64,000 nt of DNA, from the NCBI GenBank assembly GCA_023132915.1, contig JAGLXM010000075.1, positions 1,165-65,164 of the forward strand, in the 5' to 3' direction. Below the pieces are notes generated by a model, which was given only the letters and a program-made list of their open reading frames with translations, made no database searches and was not told the DNA's origin. Position numbers and translations under genes: made by a program. The stretch is from Candidatus Bipolaricaulota bacterium (GTDB taxonomy: Bacteria > Bipolaricaulota > Bipolaricaulia > UBA7950 > UBA9294). This document shows, one piece after another, positions 38,638-49,969 of the stretch (the first letter of the stretch is position 1; each line of letters begins with the position of its first letter).

Positions 38638-39609
38638 ATGAAAGTTCTTGTCGTGGGTGATACGGGATTTGTGGCGAGTTATTTGCTTCCGGCTCTTAAG
38701 GATGCACTCCCTGAGGCTGTACTCTATGGAATGTCGAGACAGGCTGGAGGGAATCCTAATGTGAAAGTTCAGCACTTCGCAGGGGACGTTACTGATGAAG
38801 CCAGAACAGCGGAGGTGGTAGAAGAAGTAGTGCCGGATGTGATTATTAATTTGTCATCGTTTAGTTCTGTGTTCGAAAGCTGGTCTGACCCGGTGACATG
38901 CCATCAGGTCAATTACAATGGCACACTCAATCTTTGTCTTGCCATGGTGAAACATGCACCCACTGCCAGATTCCTTCATATTAGCTCATTGGAGGTATAT
39001 GGAGGTAGTGATGATCCCTCTGTATCGGTTAGTGAATCATCACCTGTTAATCCTCAAAATCCTTACGCTGTTTCAAAAGCAGCCTCTGAGCTTCTGTTAC
39101 GACAGTACAGAATCTCACACGGACTACACTATACTATACTAAGGCCCTCCAATCATACCGGGCCAGGACGGAAACCGAGCTACGTTTTGAGTGGTTTCGC
39201 AAAGCAGCTTGTTGAAATTAAGCATGGACGCAGAGAGCCAATCTTGTATGTCGGAAACCTAAAAGCGCACAGAGATTTTCTGGACGTCCGGGACGTTGTT
39301 CAAGCTTACAGTTCCGTGGTAAAGTCGGATCAAGCGAAGCAGCAAATCTTCAATGTGTGCTCTGGAAACAGCTATTCGCTTTCAAGCCTGCTTGATTGTA
39401 TGATTGATACTGCTGGAGTTAGTGTAGAAATTAAGGTTGATCCAAAGCGCTATCGCCCGGTTGATATTCCTTATATTAGGGGGAGTAACTCGAAGATTGA
39501 GGAGGGTATTGGTTGGATACCTCAGATACCGATAGAGACTACCCTTCGAGATCTCTTGGCGTTTTGGGAAAAGCAGATTTGCCAAACTCAAGGTATACAG
39601 GAGGTGTAG
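38638..39609 (+). CDS. NAD-dependent SDR, GDP-4-keto-6-deoxy-D-mannose reductase (Rmd)-like
   Basis: 323 aa. [12 protein letters not shown] and YAVSKAA. Immediately upstream of gmd with a 1-nt gap. The Rmd assignment is contextual. Confidence 0.6.
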   Translation: MKVLVVGDTGFVASYLLPALKDALPEAVLYGMSRQAGGNPNVKVQHFAGDVTDEARTAEVVEEVVPDVIINLSSFSSVFESWSDPVTCHQVNYNGTLNLCLAMVKHAPTARFLHISSLEVYGGSDDPSVSVSESSPVNPQNPYAVSKAASELLLRQYRISHGLHYTILRPSNHTGPGRKPSYVLSGFAKQLVEIKHGRREPILYVGNLKAHRDFLDVRDVVQAYSSVVKSDQAKQQIFNVCSGNSYSLSSLLDCMIDTAGVSVEIKVDPKRYRPVDIPYIRGSNSKIEEGIGWIPQIPIETTLRDLLAFWEKQICQTQGIQEV

Positions 39610-39610
39610 A

Positions 39611-40696
39611 ATGAGCAAAGTACTAATTACTGGCATAACAGGGCAGGATGGTTCCTACCTAGCTGAGCTATTGCTCCATAAAGGATATGAGGTTCATGGC
39701 CTTATCCGTCGCGCCAGCACCTTCAACACAGACAGGATCGATCATATCTATCGAGATCCCCATGATCCTAATGCACGGCTCTTTCTTCACTACGGGGACC
39801 TCGCGAACGGCGAGCAGCTCTCAAACCTGATCTACAATGTGAAGCCGGACGAGATTTATCACTTGGGAGCCCAAAGCCATGTGCGGGTGAGCTTTGACAC
39901 TCCGGAGTACACTGGTGATGTAACTGGTTTAGGCACCACGCGCATTCTGGAAGCCATCCGCCGAAGCGGTATCAAGACTCGGTATTACCAGGCCTCTAGT
40001 TCGGAGATGTTCGGCGCTGCTGCCCCACCACAGAGTGAGAACACGCCCTTCCGGCCGCAGAGCCCTTACGCTTGCGCGAAAGTGTACGCTTATTGGATGG
40101 CAGGTAACTATCGGGATGGGTACAATCTTTTTGCCTGCAACGGCATTCTCTTCAACCATGAGTCACCAAGGCGAGGTGAGACCTTCGTTACCCGTAAGAT
40201 TACACGCGCTATTGCCCACATCCTTGAGGGGAGGCAGAAGAAGCTCTACCTGGGGAATCTCAAGGCCAAGCGCGACTGGGGCTATGCTCCAGAGTATGTC
40301 GAGGCGATGTGGCTGATGCTCCAACAGGATCGCCCTGACGATTTCGTGATCGGAACCGGAGAGACGCACTCGGTGCAGGAGTTCCTGGAGGAGGCGTTCG
40401 CCTACGTGAATCTGGATTGGCAGGAGTACGTGGAGATTGACCAACGCTACTTCCGACCGACCGAGGTTGAGTTCCTGCTGGCCGATCCTTCGAAGGCTAA
40501 GGAAAAACTGGGATGGGTGCCGAAGATCACGTTCAAGGAACTTGTAAGGATCATGGTCGATGCTGACATGGAGGCGATTGGTCTAGAGCCTATTGGCGAG
40601 GGCAAGAGGATCATGGAAGAGAAGTTTACCGGTTGGCATCGCTGGGACACGGGCGTGAAGGCGGTGTATGAGAATACGAGGAGAGCAGTTGAGTAG
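39611..40696 (+). CDS. gmd: GDP-mannose 4,6-dehydratase
   Basis: 361 aa. [34 protein letters not shown], ..SSEMFG.., ..[12 protein letters not shown].., ..[19 protein letters not shown].. . Confidence 0.95.
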   Translation: MSKVLITGITGQDGSYLAELLLHKGYEVHGLIRRASTFNTDRIDHIYRDPHDPNARLFLHYGDLANGEQLSNLIYNVKPDEIYHLGAQSHVRVSFDTPEYTGDVTGLGTTRILEAIRRSGIKTRYYQASSSEMFGAAAPPQSENTPFRPQSPYACAKVYAYWMAGNYRDGYNLFACNGILFNHESPRRGETFVTRKITRAIAHILEGRQKKLYLGNLKAKRDWGYAPEYVEAMWLMLQQDRPDDFVIGTGETHSVQEFLEEAFAYVNLDWQEYVEIDQRYFRPTEVEFLLADPSKAKEKLGWVPKITFKELVRIMVDADMEAIGLEPIGEGKRIMEEKFTGWHRWDTGVKAVYENTRRAVE

Positions 40697-40797
40697 GGAA
40701 ATTGTTGAGTAGTTGAGTGGGAAAAGCGAAGGAACGGAGGGCCAGGTGAAGAGGGAAATGGTTAAGTGGAGGAGTGGTTGAGTGGGAGGAATGGATG
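40687..40797. repeat. GTTGAGTRG-word low-complexity repeat; left terminal inverted repeat of the gmd|fcl insertion
   Basis: agttgagtagggaaattgttgagtagttgagtgggaaaagc .. ggttaagtggaggagtggttgagtggg. Its outer part is the reverse complement of 42006-42039. It supplies the gmd stop codon. Confidence 0.65.
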
Positions 40798-41262
40798 AGT
40801 CCACGTCGTCTATATCTAGACACCAGTGTCTATAACCGACCCTTCGATGGCCTCTCACAAGCACGAGTCTGGCTCGAAGCGTTAGCCTTCGCTACTATAC
40901 TGCAGATGATTGAATTGGGCGGTGTAGAATTAGTAAGCTCTGAGGTATTAGAGTTTGAGAACAGCAGGAATCCCTTTTCCCATAGAAGGGCGTGGGTAAG
41001 CTTTTATCTGAGTTTGGCCAAAGATTACCAGGAATTGGATGAGTCGATCCGTAAGCGAGCGCAAGGTTTGGAAAGCAAGAGATTGGAACCACTCGATGCT
41101 TTACATCTGGCCTGTGCAGAGGGAGCTGAGGCTGAATATTTCATAACCTGCGATGATCGGATCATAAAGAGATACCAAGGGGAAGCACTGAAAGTGATGA
41201 ACCCCGTGAATTTTGTGATCAGTGAGGTGATAGGAGATGGCGGAGATCAAGGTGAACAGTGA
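40795..41262 (+). CDS. PIN-like domain protein (putative toxin)
   Basis: About 155 aa. LYLDTSVYNRPFD.. N-terminal acidic motif, ..DALHLACAEGAEAEYFITCDDRIIKR.. C-terminal PIN-like motif. Confidence 0.6.
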   Translation: MSPRRLYLDTSVYNRPFDGLSQARVWLEALAFATILQMIELGGVELVSSEVLEFENSRNPFSHRRAWVSFYLSLAKDYQELDESIRKRAQGLESKRLEPLDALHLACAEGAEAEYFITCDDRIIKRYQGEALKVMNPVNFVISEVIGDGGDQGEQ

Positions 41263-41452
41263 TCAGGAGATCCTTCGAGAGGCCGAAGAGGTGCTGCGGG
41301 TACATCTGGGTCCGGCCAAAGCGACTCGCTTTTGGATCGCTCTAGGCGGTGGGGCTGGAGACTACCTGCAAATTAAAGAAACGCTCTTCAAAGGCGAGAC
41401 TGTCGATACCCTGTACGAGAAAATAGCAGAGCAGAAGGGGGAGGAGAGATAG
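41237..41452 (+). CDS. Small partner protein of the PIN gene (putative antitoxin, uncharacterised family)
   Basis: 71 aa. Overlaps the PIN gene by 26 nt. A paralogous 3' end occurs at 2..187. Confidence 0.45.
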   Translation: MAEIKVNSDQEILREAEEVLRVHLGPAKATRFWIALGGGAGDYLQIKETLFKGETVDTLYEKIAEQKGEER

Positions 41453-41535
41453 TTAAGTAGGAAAATAGTTGAGTGGTTATGTGGGGCAGTGGAACTATTC
41501 AACGATTTAACTAATCAACCACTTAACTAATCCCA
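41451..41535. repeat. Imperfect palindrome of GTTRAGTRG words immediately 5' of the four-helix-bundle pseudogene
   Basis: agttaagtaggaaaatagttgagtggttatgtgggg ... ttaactaatcaaccacttaactaatccc. The two arms are reverse complements (tagttgagtggtt versus aaccacttaacta). Confidence 0.65.
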
Positions 41536-41536
41536 G

Positions 41537-41911
41537 ATGAAATCGACGTCGACCTTTGAAGATCTCGAAGTCTGGTAAAAGGGAAGAGAGTTAAGGAAAG
41601 ACTTTTCGCAATTAGTCAGGCGACTTCCCCCTGATGAGAAGTTTCGACTAGCCGACCAGATTCTCCGTGTCTCGCGATCGGTTACGGCCAACATAGCCGA
41701 AGGATACGGCAGGTTTTACTATCAAGAGAACATCCAGTTCTGCCGTCAGGCCAGAGGCTCATTGTTTGAGTTGGTGGATCACCTTACTGTAGCCTTTGAC
41801 GAGGGTTACGTCGATGAGGAGAAGTTTGGAGGGTTTAGAGAGCGAGTCTTCGAGATTATTCGTATACTAAATGGCTATATCAAGTATCTGAAAGGAAGGA
41901 AGAACAGTTGA
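41537..41911 (+). pseudogene. Four-helix-bundle protein gene (23S rRNA IVS protein family) with an in-frame TAA at codon 14
   Basis: MKSTSTFEDLEVW*KGRELRKDFSQLVRRLPPDEKFRLADQILRVSRSVTANIAEGYGRFYYQENIQFCRQARGSLFELVDHL.. . Absent from the ORF track because there is no Met after the stop. Confidence 0.8.
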
Positions 41912-41920
41912 GGACAACAC

Positions 41921-42040
41921 AGTCGAGTGGGAAAATGGTTAAGTGGTTATGTGGGGGAACGGTCTTACTTGACTACTCAACTACTCGACAATTTTACCTT
42001 GCACTGCTTTTCCCTACTCGACTACTTAACTACTCAACTC
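41921..42040. repeat. Imperfect palindromes of GTTRAGTRG words 3' of the four-helix-bundle pseudogene; right terminal inverted repeat of the insertion
   Basis: gtcgagtgggaaaatggttaagtggttatgtggggg .. cttacttgactactcaactactcgac .. gcttttccctactcgactacttaactactcaact. 41927-41961 is a direct repeat of 41457-41491. Confidence 0.65.
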
Positions 42041-42051
42041 TGTGCTCATAG

Positions 42052-43056
<1,005 letters not shown>

Positions 43057-43065
43057 GGAAGAATA

Positions 43066-44373
43066 GTGGCTTTCGAAAAGGTAATCCGCGTTTTACACTT
43101 GGTTTTGCGAACAACATATGGTTCAATTATAGATTCCTTACTTTCTATAATGAGATTTCAGGTGCATGGGAATGGAGGTAAGAGGACGAAAACGGATAAT
43201 CAAGTACCGCGTGTGATCTTCCTAAACCAGGTGGCTGGACTTCTGTTTTGGGAGCTAGCGGAAGACTTAGCTGAAGCTATTGGTCCCTGCTTTCTCTACA
43301 CTGGGCAGAATTGCATCAGGAGAAGGACTGTGCCCAATCTGCAGGTAGTAGGAGCGCCTTCCTATGAGCGCGATGGGTATCGTCACCGCGTGTTATGCTG
43401 GATGCGATACTTTTTCTTTGTCCTCTACCGTGTCTGGCGGCAGCCACGCATTGCTCTACTTTTTGTCGTCTCTAACCCACCGTTTCTGCCATTAGTGGGT
43501 TACCTGATGCATCGATTGCGAGGGCAATCCTATGTGATGCTGGTCTATGATATTTATCCTGAGCTAGCTGTTTGTCTCGGAAAGTTATCTGAACATGGGA
43601 TCCTTACCCGCTTGTGGCGATGGATCAATAAAGTGGTGTGGGAAAACGCCGAAGTGGTTTTCACCATCGGTGAACATATGGCCATTCAGTTAAAAAGCAT
43701 AGTCGACTCCCGCCAAACTCGTTTGGGACACGTAGCTGTTATTTCTAACTGGGCTGATCAAGATTTCATCAAGCCTTTGCCGAAATCAGAGAACTGGTTT
43801 GCACAGAAATATGGGCAAGTGGATAAGCTGACCGTTCTTTACTCCGGCAACTTAGGTGCTACCCATGATTTGGGGACAATGTTGGCTGCAGCAAGTCGCT
43901 TAAGGTATTTAAGTGACATCCATTTTCTTATCATCGGCGAAGGATATAAGCAGGCTTTTTTGGAGGAATCCATTCAGCGGAAGAATCTCGTGAATGTTAC
44001 ACTGTTGCCGTTTCAGCCAGAAGAAGTTTTGCCTTATTCCCTTACAGCTGGAGACGTGGCGGTGATAACATTAGCGGAAGGGGCCGAAAAACTATCTTTC
44101 CCAAGTAAAACTTTCTATGCAATGGCCAGCGGGGCCGCCTTGTTGTGCGTGTGCGCTGGCGACAACGACTTAAGAGATCTGGTAGTTCGGCACGAATGCG
44201 GTATTTGTGTTGAACCAAGTGATGTGGATGGCTTTATTCACGCTGTCGAGAAATTTCACTACGATAGAGAATTCCTGGCATACTCTCGAAGGAACGCACG
44301 GAAGGCAATGGAAACTTATTACACTCGGCGCAATACAAAGAGGTACCTAGACGTTCTTGGTAAACTGAGATAA
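43066..44373 (+). CDS. Glycosyltransferase family 4 (WcaI/WbuB-like)
   Basis: 435 aa, GTG start in the track, GT-B C-terminal half ..VLYSGNLGATHDL..FLIIGEG.. . Start uncertain. Confidence 0.7.
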   Translation: MAFEKVIRVLHLVLRTTYGSIIDSLLSIMRFQVHGNGGKRTKTDNQVPRVIFLNQVAGLLFWELAEDLAEAIGPCFLYTGQNCIRRRTVPNLQVVGAPSYERDGYRHRVLCWMRYFFFVLYRVWRQPRIALLFVVSNPPFLPLVGYLMHRLRGQSYVMLVYDIYPELAVCLGKLSEHGILTRLWRWINKVVWENAEVVFTIGEHMAIQLKSIVDSRQTRLGHVAVISNWADQDFIKPLPKSENWFAQKYGQVDKLTVLYSGNLGATHDLGTMLAAASRLRYLSDIHFLIIGEGYKQAFLEESIQRKNLVNVTLLPFQPEEVLPYSLTAGDVAVITLAEGAEKLSFPSKTFYAMASGAALLCVCAGDNDLRDLVVRHECGICVEPSDVDGFIHAVEKFHYDREFLAYSRRNARKAMETYYTRRNTKRYLDVLGKLR

Positions 44374-44433
44374 AGCTTATGAGGACGCTGCCTTTGTCCT
44401 GGAGACGATATAAGGGATTATGATGATCGGCAG

Positions 44434-45109
44434 ATGAAGAGCAGAGCATTTCAGCAGGTAATCAAGCGGACTTTCGACCTCATAGCAAGTCTTGTCGGCC
44501 TCATCCTCTTGGCCATTCCCTTCGCTCTCATCGCCCTGGCGATCAAGCTTGATTCTAAGGGGCCCGTATTTTTCAGGCAGGAGCGGGTGGGGAAAGATGG
44601 CCGAATTTTTAAGCCCTGGAAGTTCCGAACGATGGTCGTGGGGGCGGTGGAGCAGGGGCTAGGTTATAACGTTGCCAAGGACGACCTGCGGATCACCGGG
44701 GTTGGACGATTCCTACGCGAGTGGGGTCTGGACGAGCTGCCCCAGCTTATTAACGTTCTGAGGGGGGAGATGAGCCCTGTAAGCCTTCGCCCAACTTTGA
44801 AATATCAGGTTGACCATTACGATGACTCCCAGCGCAGGCGGCTTCTGGTCAAACCAGGAATTGCCGGTTGGGCCCTTATCCACGGACGAAATCTTCCCTC
44901 TTGGAAAGAGCGCATCAAGTACGGCGTTCTGGTATGTAGAGCATCGGACAATTTGGCTTGATTTTTGGATTATGCTCAAGACGCTCTGGGTTGTGTTGAT
45001 CAAACGAGAAGGTATTTACGGAGAGACTGGAATGAACGACCCCTTTGTTGAACCATTGTCTCCTAAACGCAGAAATGGGGTGTGTGGAGAACAAACTCAT
45101 GAACACTGA
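44434..45109 (+). pseudogene. PglC/WbaP-type phosphoglycosyltransferase (bacterial sugar transferase) inactivated by a +1 frameshift and motif loss
   Basis: Collinear with the intact copy 52117..52776. VGPRP is changed to VSLRP. An extra nucleotide near 44927 (tacggcgttctgg versus tacgacgtctgg) shifts the frame, and the rest of the protein is read in ORF 44810..45109. Confidence 0.85.
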
Positions 45110-45551
45110 GATCAACGTGCTCTTCATCAGTTCCGGGCGGCGGGTAGAGCTACTTCGTGCTTTCATGCAGGCCTACCATGACCTCAACTCTTGTTAGAGG
45201 ATAGTTGCAGTCGACATCGATCCACTTGCGCCAACATTGCAGGTCGTAGATCGTTTCTATGCCGTTCCGTGTACTTTTGACCCCGAGTACATTTCAACCC
45301 TTGTGGAAATCTATCAACGCGAGCACGTAAACTTGGTTTTCCCGTTGACGGATATTGATATACCCCTGCTGGCAAAACGGTGAGCTGAGCTCGAGGCAAC
45401 TGGGGCATTGGTGGTGGTTGTATCATAAGAGGCTACTGATGTAGTGGCTGATAAGTGGAAAACTGACCAGTTGTTTCGCAAGCTTGAGGTACCCACCCCG
45501 TCACTATACTCTCGGCTGAAGTCCTGCATGACCTTGAAGCGGACGGCGTAA
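45099..45551 (+). pseudogene. N-terminal remnant of an ATP-grasp enzyme (paralog of 53902..54885) with three in-frame stops
   Basis: MNTEINVLFISSGRRVELLRAF..SC*RIVAVDIDPLAPTLQVVDRFYAVP..NLVFPLTDIDIPLLAKR*AELEATGALVVVVS*EATDVVADKWKTDQLF.. parallels MRVLVTGAGALLGQGII..EIVAVDPDPRAVGLYWADKACLVP..IADDKWLTYEFL. Confidence 0.6.
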
Positions 45552-45986
45552 TCTGAGCTGGAGTAGGCTCCCAACCCCAGGCGATCGGGCAGCCATGCAG
45601 GGCGCGGTCAATTGGAAGCGCATCGCATTCGACCTTCTCATTTTCGCATGGGGACTGCTTGTCTTCCCGTTCGCCTTGGGATTCCGGCCTTGGTTTGGCA
45701 TCTCACACATCCTGGATCAGGTGTATGCTGGGTGGTATAGGCGACCTTCTACTCTCCTTAACCCAGGGGATACGTGGGATGATCCTTCTCACATGGACCC
45801 GGCGAAATTACCCATCCGAGACGATCCTCGCGTCATGGCCGCAGGCGTTCGGGGCGTCTCTCGCTCCTCGTAGTGTCAGGCTCCCTCATCGCCATCTTGG
45901 CCCACTCCGATTGACGATCTGACTGGTTTGCATCAGTATGAGATAAACGATGCACTCATCGAGCTGAGCGAGCAGAAGGAGCTGAC

Positions 45987-47294
45987 ATGGCGGTGTCCCG
46001 TTTCTTGAGATTCAAACCGAGCAAGTCACCAGCGGAGATTGACCGCGTGCTGCGATACCTGATCCGCCACGCGCGCAGGAACGTCGAGGGCTATCGTTGC
46101 GTCCTGGACGAAGCGGGTGCCTCCCCTGCAAACATCCACGGAGTTGACGACCTCTCCCGACTTCCCATTGTCAGCAAGGAAACGCTGTTTCGGCGGGTGC
46201 CGCTGCGTCACACGCTCCATCGCCTCGCGAATCCCTCCCGATGCGTTCGCGTCGGGACGAGCGGTTCGACGGGACTGCCCCTGAACGTTTTCATGAGTCG
46301 AGGGGAGGCTTTGTATCGGCGGTTGTTGGTGTTCCGTTCTTGGCAGCGTTTGAGCAGCTTCCGGTTCCCGCTCAGCGTGGCGGATGTTGGCTCTTGGGTT
46401 GAGGATGAGGCACCGATGAGCATTCAACACAGGGGCATTGTTACCGTTGTGAGAATATCGATCGCGCTTCCGGTGGAGCGTCAGATCGAGCTGCTGAGGC
46501 GCCATCGACCTCAGATCATCTCCGGGTACCCTACAGCATTGAGCATCCTTGCCGAAGCCCCGCAAGGGGGCTCCGATCTTTCTTCACTGCGGCTTGTAGC
46601 GACGCGTGGAGAGGTCCTGTCCGAGGAGACGAGGAAGACCCTTGAAGCGTCGTTTGGCTGTCGTGTGGCCGACTACTACAACTGTGAAGAGATCGGCAAC
46701 ATTGCGTGGGAGTGCCCGAAGGACTCGGAGGTTCTTCACATTAACACCGACGGATGTGTGGTGGAGATTGTTGATTCGCGTGGCCATCCGGTTCGCGATG
46801 GAGAGGAGGGGCGCGTGATCGTGACCAATCTCTATAACTGCACCATGCCATTCATCCGATATGATCTCGGCGACCAAGGCGTAATGATCAGCTCCAGACG
46901 GGATCGTTGCGCTTGCGGCAGTCAACACCCACGGATGGCTGTTCTGAGTGGACGGGATGACGACTACGTACACCTGCCCGATCAGCGAAAAGTGTCCCCG
47001 CGTTTGGTCGCTACGGCTGTCAATCGTGCCTTCTCAGGGGAGTCTCCCCTTGGGGGATTCGACCGTCACTTTAGAAGATTTCAAGTCGTTCAAGACGCTC
47101 TGGATCACCTAACCATTCGCATCGTTCCCGAGGCGGAACGTCTCAGCGACTTCCACGAGGTTATTGCTCCCGCGTTGAGGAGACTGCACCCGGGACTGCA
47201 CTGCTCGATCGAGGTGGTGGATGATCTCCCGCTTGAGCCGTCGGGCAAATTCAAGAAAGTGATCTCCAGCATTAGACGACCGGACACATCCTAG
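45987..47294 (+). CDS. Adenylate-forming enzyme of the phenylacetate-CoA ligase / CapK / F390-synthetase family (copy 1)
   Basis: 435 aa. ..RVGTSGSTGLPLNVFMS.. (P-loop-like), ..YYNCEEIGNIAWEC.., ..PSGKFKKVIS (C-terminal Lys). Confidence 0.8.
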   Translation: MAVSRFLRFKPSKSPAEIDRVLRYLIRHARRNVEGYRCVLDEAGASPANIHGVDDLSRLPIVSKETLFRRVPLRHTLHRLANPSRCVRVGTSGSTGLPLNVFMSRGEALYRRLLVFRSWQRLSSFRFPLSVADVGSWVEDEAPMSIQHRGIVTVVRISIALPVERQIELLRRHRPQIISGYPTALSILAEAPQGGSDLSSLRLVATRGEVLSEETRKTLEASFGCRVADYYNCEEIGNIAWECPKDSEVLHINTDGCVVEIVDSRGHPVRDGEEGRVIVTNLYNCTMPFIRYDLGDQGVMISSRRDRCACGSQHPRMAVLSGRDDDYVHLPDQRKVSPRLVATAVNRAFSGESPLGGFDRHFRRFQVVQDALDHLTIRIVPEAERLSDFHEVIAPALRRLHPGLHCSIEVVDDLPLEPSGKFKKVISSIRRPDTS

Positions 47295-47561
47295 GTGTCT
47301 TCCCGATGAACGTAAGTCCCGCGGGGATCTCCGACCTTCTTGATCCGTTCGTAATGTGAGCAACGCTGAACGGTTGAAGCTCTCTCTTTTCGGAACGATC
47401 AGCGAAGGGCCGTGGTGACCCAGATCGGTCGGCAACTTGTCTTGTCACCTTCCGTCGTATAGGCTTGAGCGGGTGTAAACGATACCGTCATCCAATCGGG
47501 GAGCGATACAGGAACTCGGCAAAGCAAACTTGGCTTCAGAAGGAGCGGTAAGGGGAGCGGA

Positions 47562-48227
47562 ATGGGAATCGCCATTGTGGGTGCCGGTGGACACGGTCGA
47601 GTCGCGTTTGAATGTCTTCGTCTTTCGCGTTCAGATAATCCCGATGTTGTCTTCTACGATGATCGATACGAGCAGATTGGTGAGATCGAAGGGATTCCCG
47701 TGCGCGGTCCGATCTCTGCGTTGTTCGACGCCGATAAATTCGAGCTAGTCTTCGTCGCAATCGGGGACAACGTGCTGCGGTACGAGATCACGCAACGGCT
47801 CCAGCGAGCCGGGAGAACCTTGATCTCGATCATCCATCCGCACACAGCCATCTCTCCGCGATCACGGATCGCCGTGGGGACAATCGCCGTTGCGGGAACC
47901 GTGGTCAACTTCGGTGCTCAAGTTGGCCGAGGGGTGATCTTGAACACGCTCAGCTCGGTGGGACACGACTGCATCGTTCAGGATTTCGCTCAATTGGCCT
48001 CCGGAGTCAACCTGGGCGGAGCCGCTGTTATCGAGGAGGGCGTGTTCGTTGGGATCGGTGCGAAGGTTGCCCCGGAGACCACTATTGGGGCCTGGTCTGT
48101 AGTTGGGGCAGGTTCGATCGTGCTCGAGGATCAACCTCCTCGTTCATTCTGTTGCGGTGCGCCAGCGCGTGTGATTCGGCCGCTCGGAGATGATGAGCTC
48201 CCACACCCGAAAGGATCATCCACCTAG
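47562..48227 (+). CDS. NeuD/PglD-family sugar N/O-acyltransferase (left-handed beta-helix)
   Basis: 221 aa. N-terminal IAIVGAGGHGRV Rossmann-like, C-terminal hexapeptide repeats ..VGHDCIVQDFAQLASGVNLGGAAVIEEGVFVGIGAKV.. . Confidence 0.8.
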   Translation: MGIAIVGAGGHGRVAFECLRLSRSDNPDVVFYDDRYEQIGEIEGIPVRGPISALFDADKFELVFVAIGDNVLRYEITQRLQRAGRTLISIIHPHTAISPRSRIAVGTIAVAGTVVNFGAQVGRGVILNTLSSVGHDCIVQDFAQLASGVNLGGAAVIEEGVFVGIGAKVAPETTIGAWSVVGAGSIVLEDQPPRSFCCGAPARVIRPLGDDELPHPKGSST

Positions 48228-48267
48228 TTTGGTCATATCGAGGCTCACGAACTGGTGAGGTTCTGAA

Positions 48268-49575
48268 ATGGGAATGGTTGGCCGGCTGACTCGCTTCAAA
48301 CTGCGAAAGACTCCCGCAGATATCGGGCGAGCATTACGCTTTGTCATCTCCGATGCGGGTGCGAACGTTCCCTACTACCGTACCGCGTTCGAGGGAGCGG
48401 GGGTCGTACCGGCGCAGGTCAAATGCGTCGAGGATCTTCCCAGGTTCCCAATGACGGACCGGGACAGGCTCCTCGCGAGCGGACATGAAGGGCACCTTAG
48501 GCGCGGTGTCGATCGGCAATCCCTGTTCAAGAGACACACATCTGGAACGTCAGGGACGCCGATCACAGTGTATATGAATCGTGCAGAATCTCTGTTCCGA
48601 AAAGCGTCTTTGATCGACTCGTTCCGCCGCAACGCCAGGCTCGGATTCCCGATGGCGTTGGTCGATGTCGGGGGGGATCGCGAGTCAGACTCAAAGGACA
48701 TTGTGCAGCGACTCGGGCTCGTCAACGTTGTTCGAATTGTACGATCTCTCCCGATGGGAGAGCAGGCCGAGCGCCTTCGCCAAGTGAATCCGACCGTAAT
48801 CGAGGGAAGACCGAGCATGCTGTGCGTACTGGCGCAGGAGCTTTCGAGGCAGGGCATCGATTCAGTGCGCCCCAAGCTGGTGGTTTCCTTCGCTGAGGTG
48901 TTGTATCCACACGTGAGGAAGTTGCTCCAAGACACGTTCTCCTGCCGTGTGGCCGACTACTACAACTGCCAAGAAGTTGGGAACATCGCCTGGCAGTGCC
49001 CCGAAATCCCCGACCGAATGCATGTGAACCCGGCTACGGTCGTACTGGAGGTGGTCGACGAACAGGGTGAGCCCGCCCCCTGCGGGAAGGAGGGCCGCGT
49101 CCTTGTCACGAACCTCTACAACACCACCATGCCGTTCATCCGCTATGAGATTGGAGATCGGGGGGCGCTCTTAGAATCGACGAGGTGTTCTTGCGGCTTC
49201 GTTGGCCAGACGATGCATCTCATCGGGGGTCGGGACGAGGATTTCTTCGTGTTGCCAGACGATCGAGAGATCTCCCCGAGGGTCATCTATGCGATTGTGG
49301 TACATGGTTCGCCCCTACACGGCTTGGGCAATGAGTTTTACCGTGCCGTACGGGCGTTCCAGATCGTACAACAGGAGCGCGATCTGATTGTCGTCAGGGT
49401 GGTTCCCGGACCGGCCTACTCCCGAGGCCTTTGGAAGAATTTGGATTCAAACTTCAAGGCGCTTCACCCTTCCATGCGCGTGCAGGTCGTGGAGGTGGAG
49501 GATCTACATCCGGGGCCCGGAGGCAAATTCAAACAGGTTTTGAGTCGGGTAGCGCGCGCTAGAGGCACATCGTGA
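48268..49575 (+). CDS. CapK/phenylacetate-CoA ligase-family adenylate-forming enzyme (copy 2)
   Basis: 435 aa, collinear with copy 1. ..HTSGTSGTPITVYMN.., ..YYNCQEVGNIAWQC.., ..PGGKFKQVLS. Confidence 0.8.
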   Translation: MGMVGRLTRFKLRKTPADIGRALRFVISDAGANVPYYRTAFEGAGVVPAQVKCVEDLPRFPMTDRDRLLASGHEGHLRRGVDRQSLFKRHTSGTSGTPITVYMNRAESLFRKASLIDSFRRNARLGFPMALVDVGGDRESDSKDIVQRLGLVNVVRIVRSLPMGEQAERLRQVNPTVIEGRPSMLCVLAQELSRQGIDSVRPKLVVSFAEVLYPHVRKLLQDTFSCRVADYYNCQEVGNIAWQCPEIPDRMHVNPATVVLEVVDEQGEPAPCGKEGRVLVTNLYNTTMPFIRYEIGDRGALLESTRCSCGFVGQTMHLIGGRDEDFFVLPDDREISPRVIYAIVVHGSPLHGLGNEFYRAVRAFQIVQQERDLIVVRVVPGPAYSRGLWKNLDSNFKALHPSMRVQVVEVEDLHPGPGGKFKQVLSRVARARGTS

Positions 49576-49599
49576 AGCGGACGTCGTGGTTGTCCTGCT

Positions 49600-49969
49600 C
49601 TAAGATACATCGCTGTACAAGTACGGGGTCTCTCTCAACAAGCTGTTCGATTACATGGCGGGCGGGGGAGCCCGCCGCGCTGGGTGGGCAGATCGCATAC
49701 AAGTACGTCGAATGTGCAGGTTGCGAAATACGGTCCTGCCGTGATCGCCGAGGCGCTCGCCGATGGAGCGTCACGAGATGGGCTTGCGCAGTCGGGAGTA
49801 CGTACTTGCCACAGCTGGAGTCTGTTGGCCGAGCAGCTCGCTCCGGGGTGAGTCTCGGGGGTGGAGCGATCGTGGAGGAGGCCGGATCGGTAGTACTAGA
49901 GGGTGTTCCGCCTTGGGTCTTCTGCTATGGAACGCCCGCTCGTTCGGTGGGACAGTTGGAAGAACCACA
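49600..49969 (+). pseudogene. Degenerate remnant of a second NeuD/PglD-like acyltransferase
   Basis: The tail ..SGVSLGGGAIVEEAGSVVLEGVPPWVFCYGTPARSVGQL resembles ..SGVNLGGAAVIEEG[..]GAGSIVLEDQPPRSFCCGAPARVIRPL of 47562..48227, with an internal deletion. Upstream parts are recognisable only in other frames. Confidence 0.5.

Noticed and set aside
45552-45986. Possible transposase or other gene remnant in the 430-bp gap before CapK-like copy 1 (ORFs 45595-45873 plus strand, 45504-45710 minus strand).
   Set aside because: I could not match translations in any frame to a known family. All frames are broken by stops, so it is left as unclassified junction DNA.
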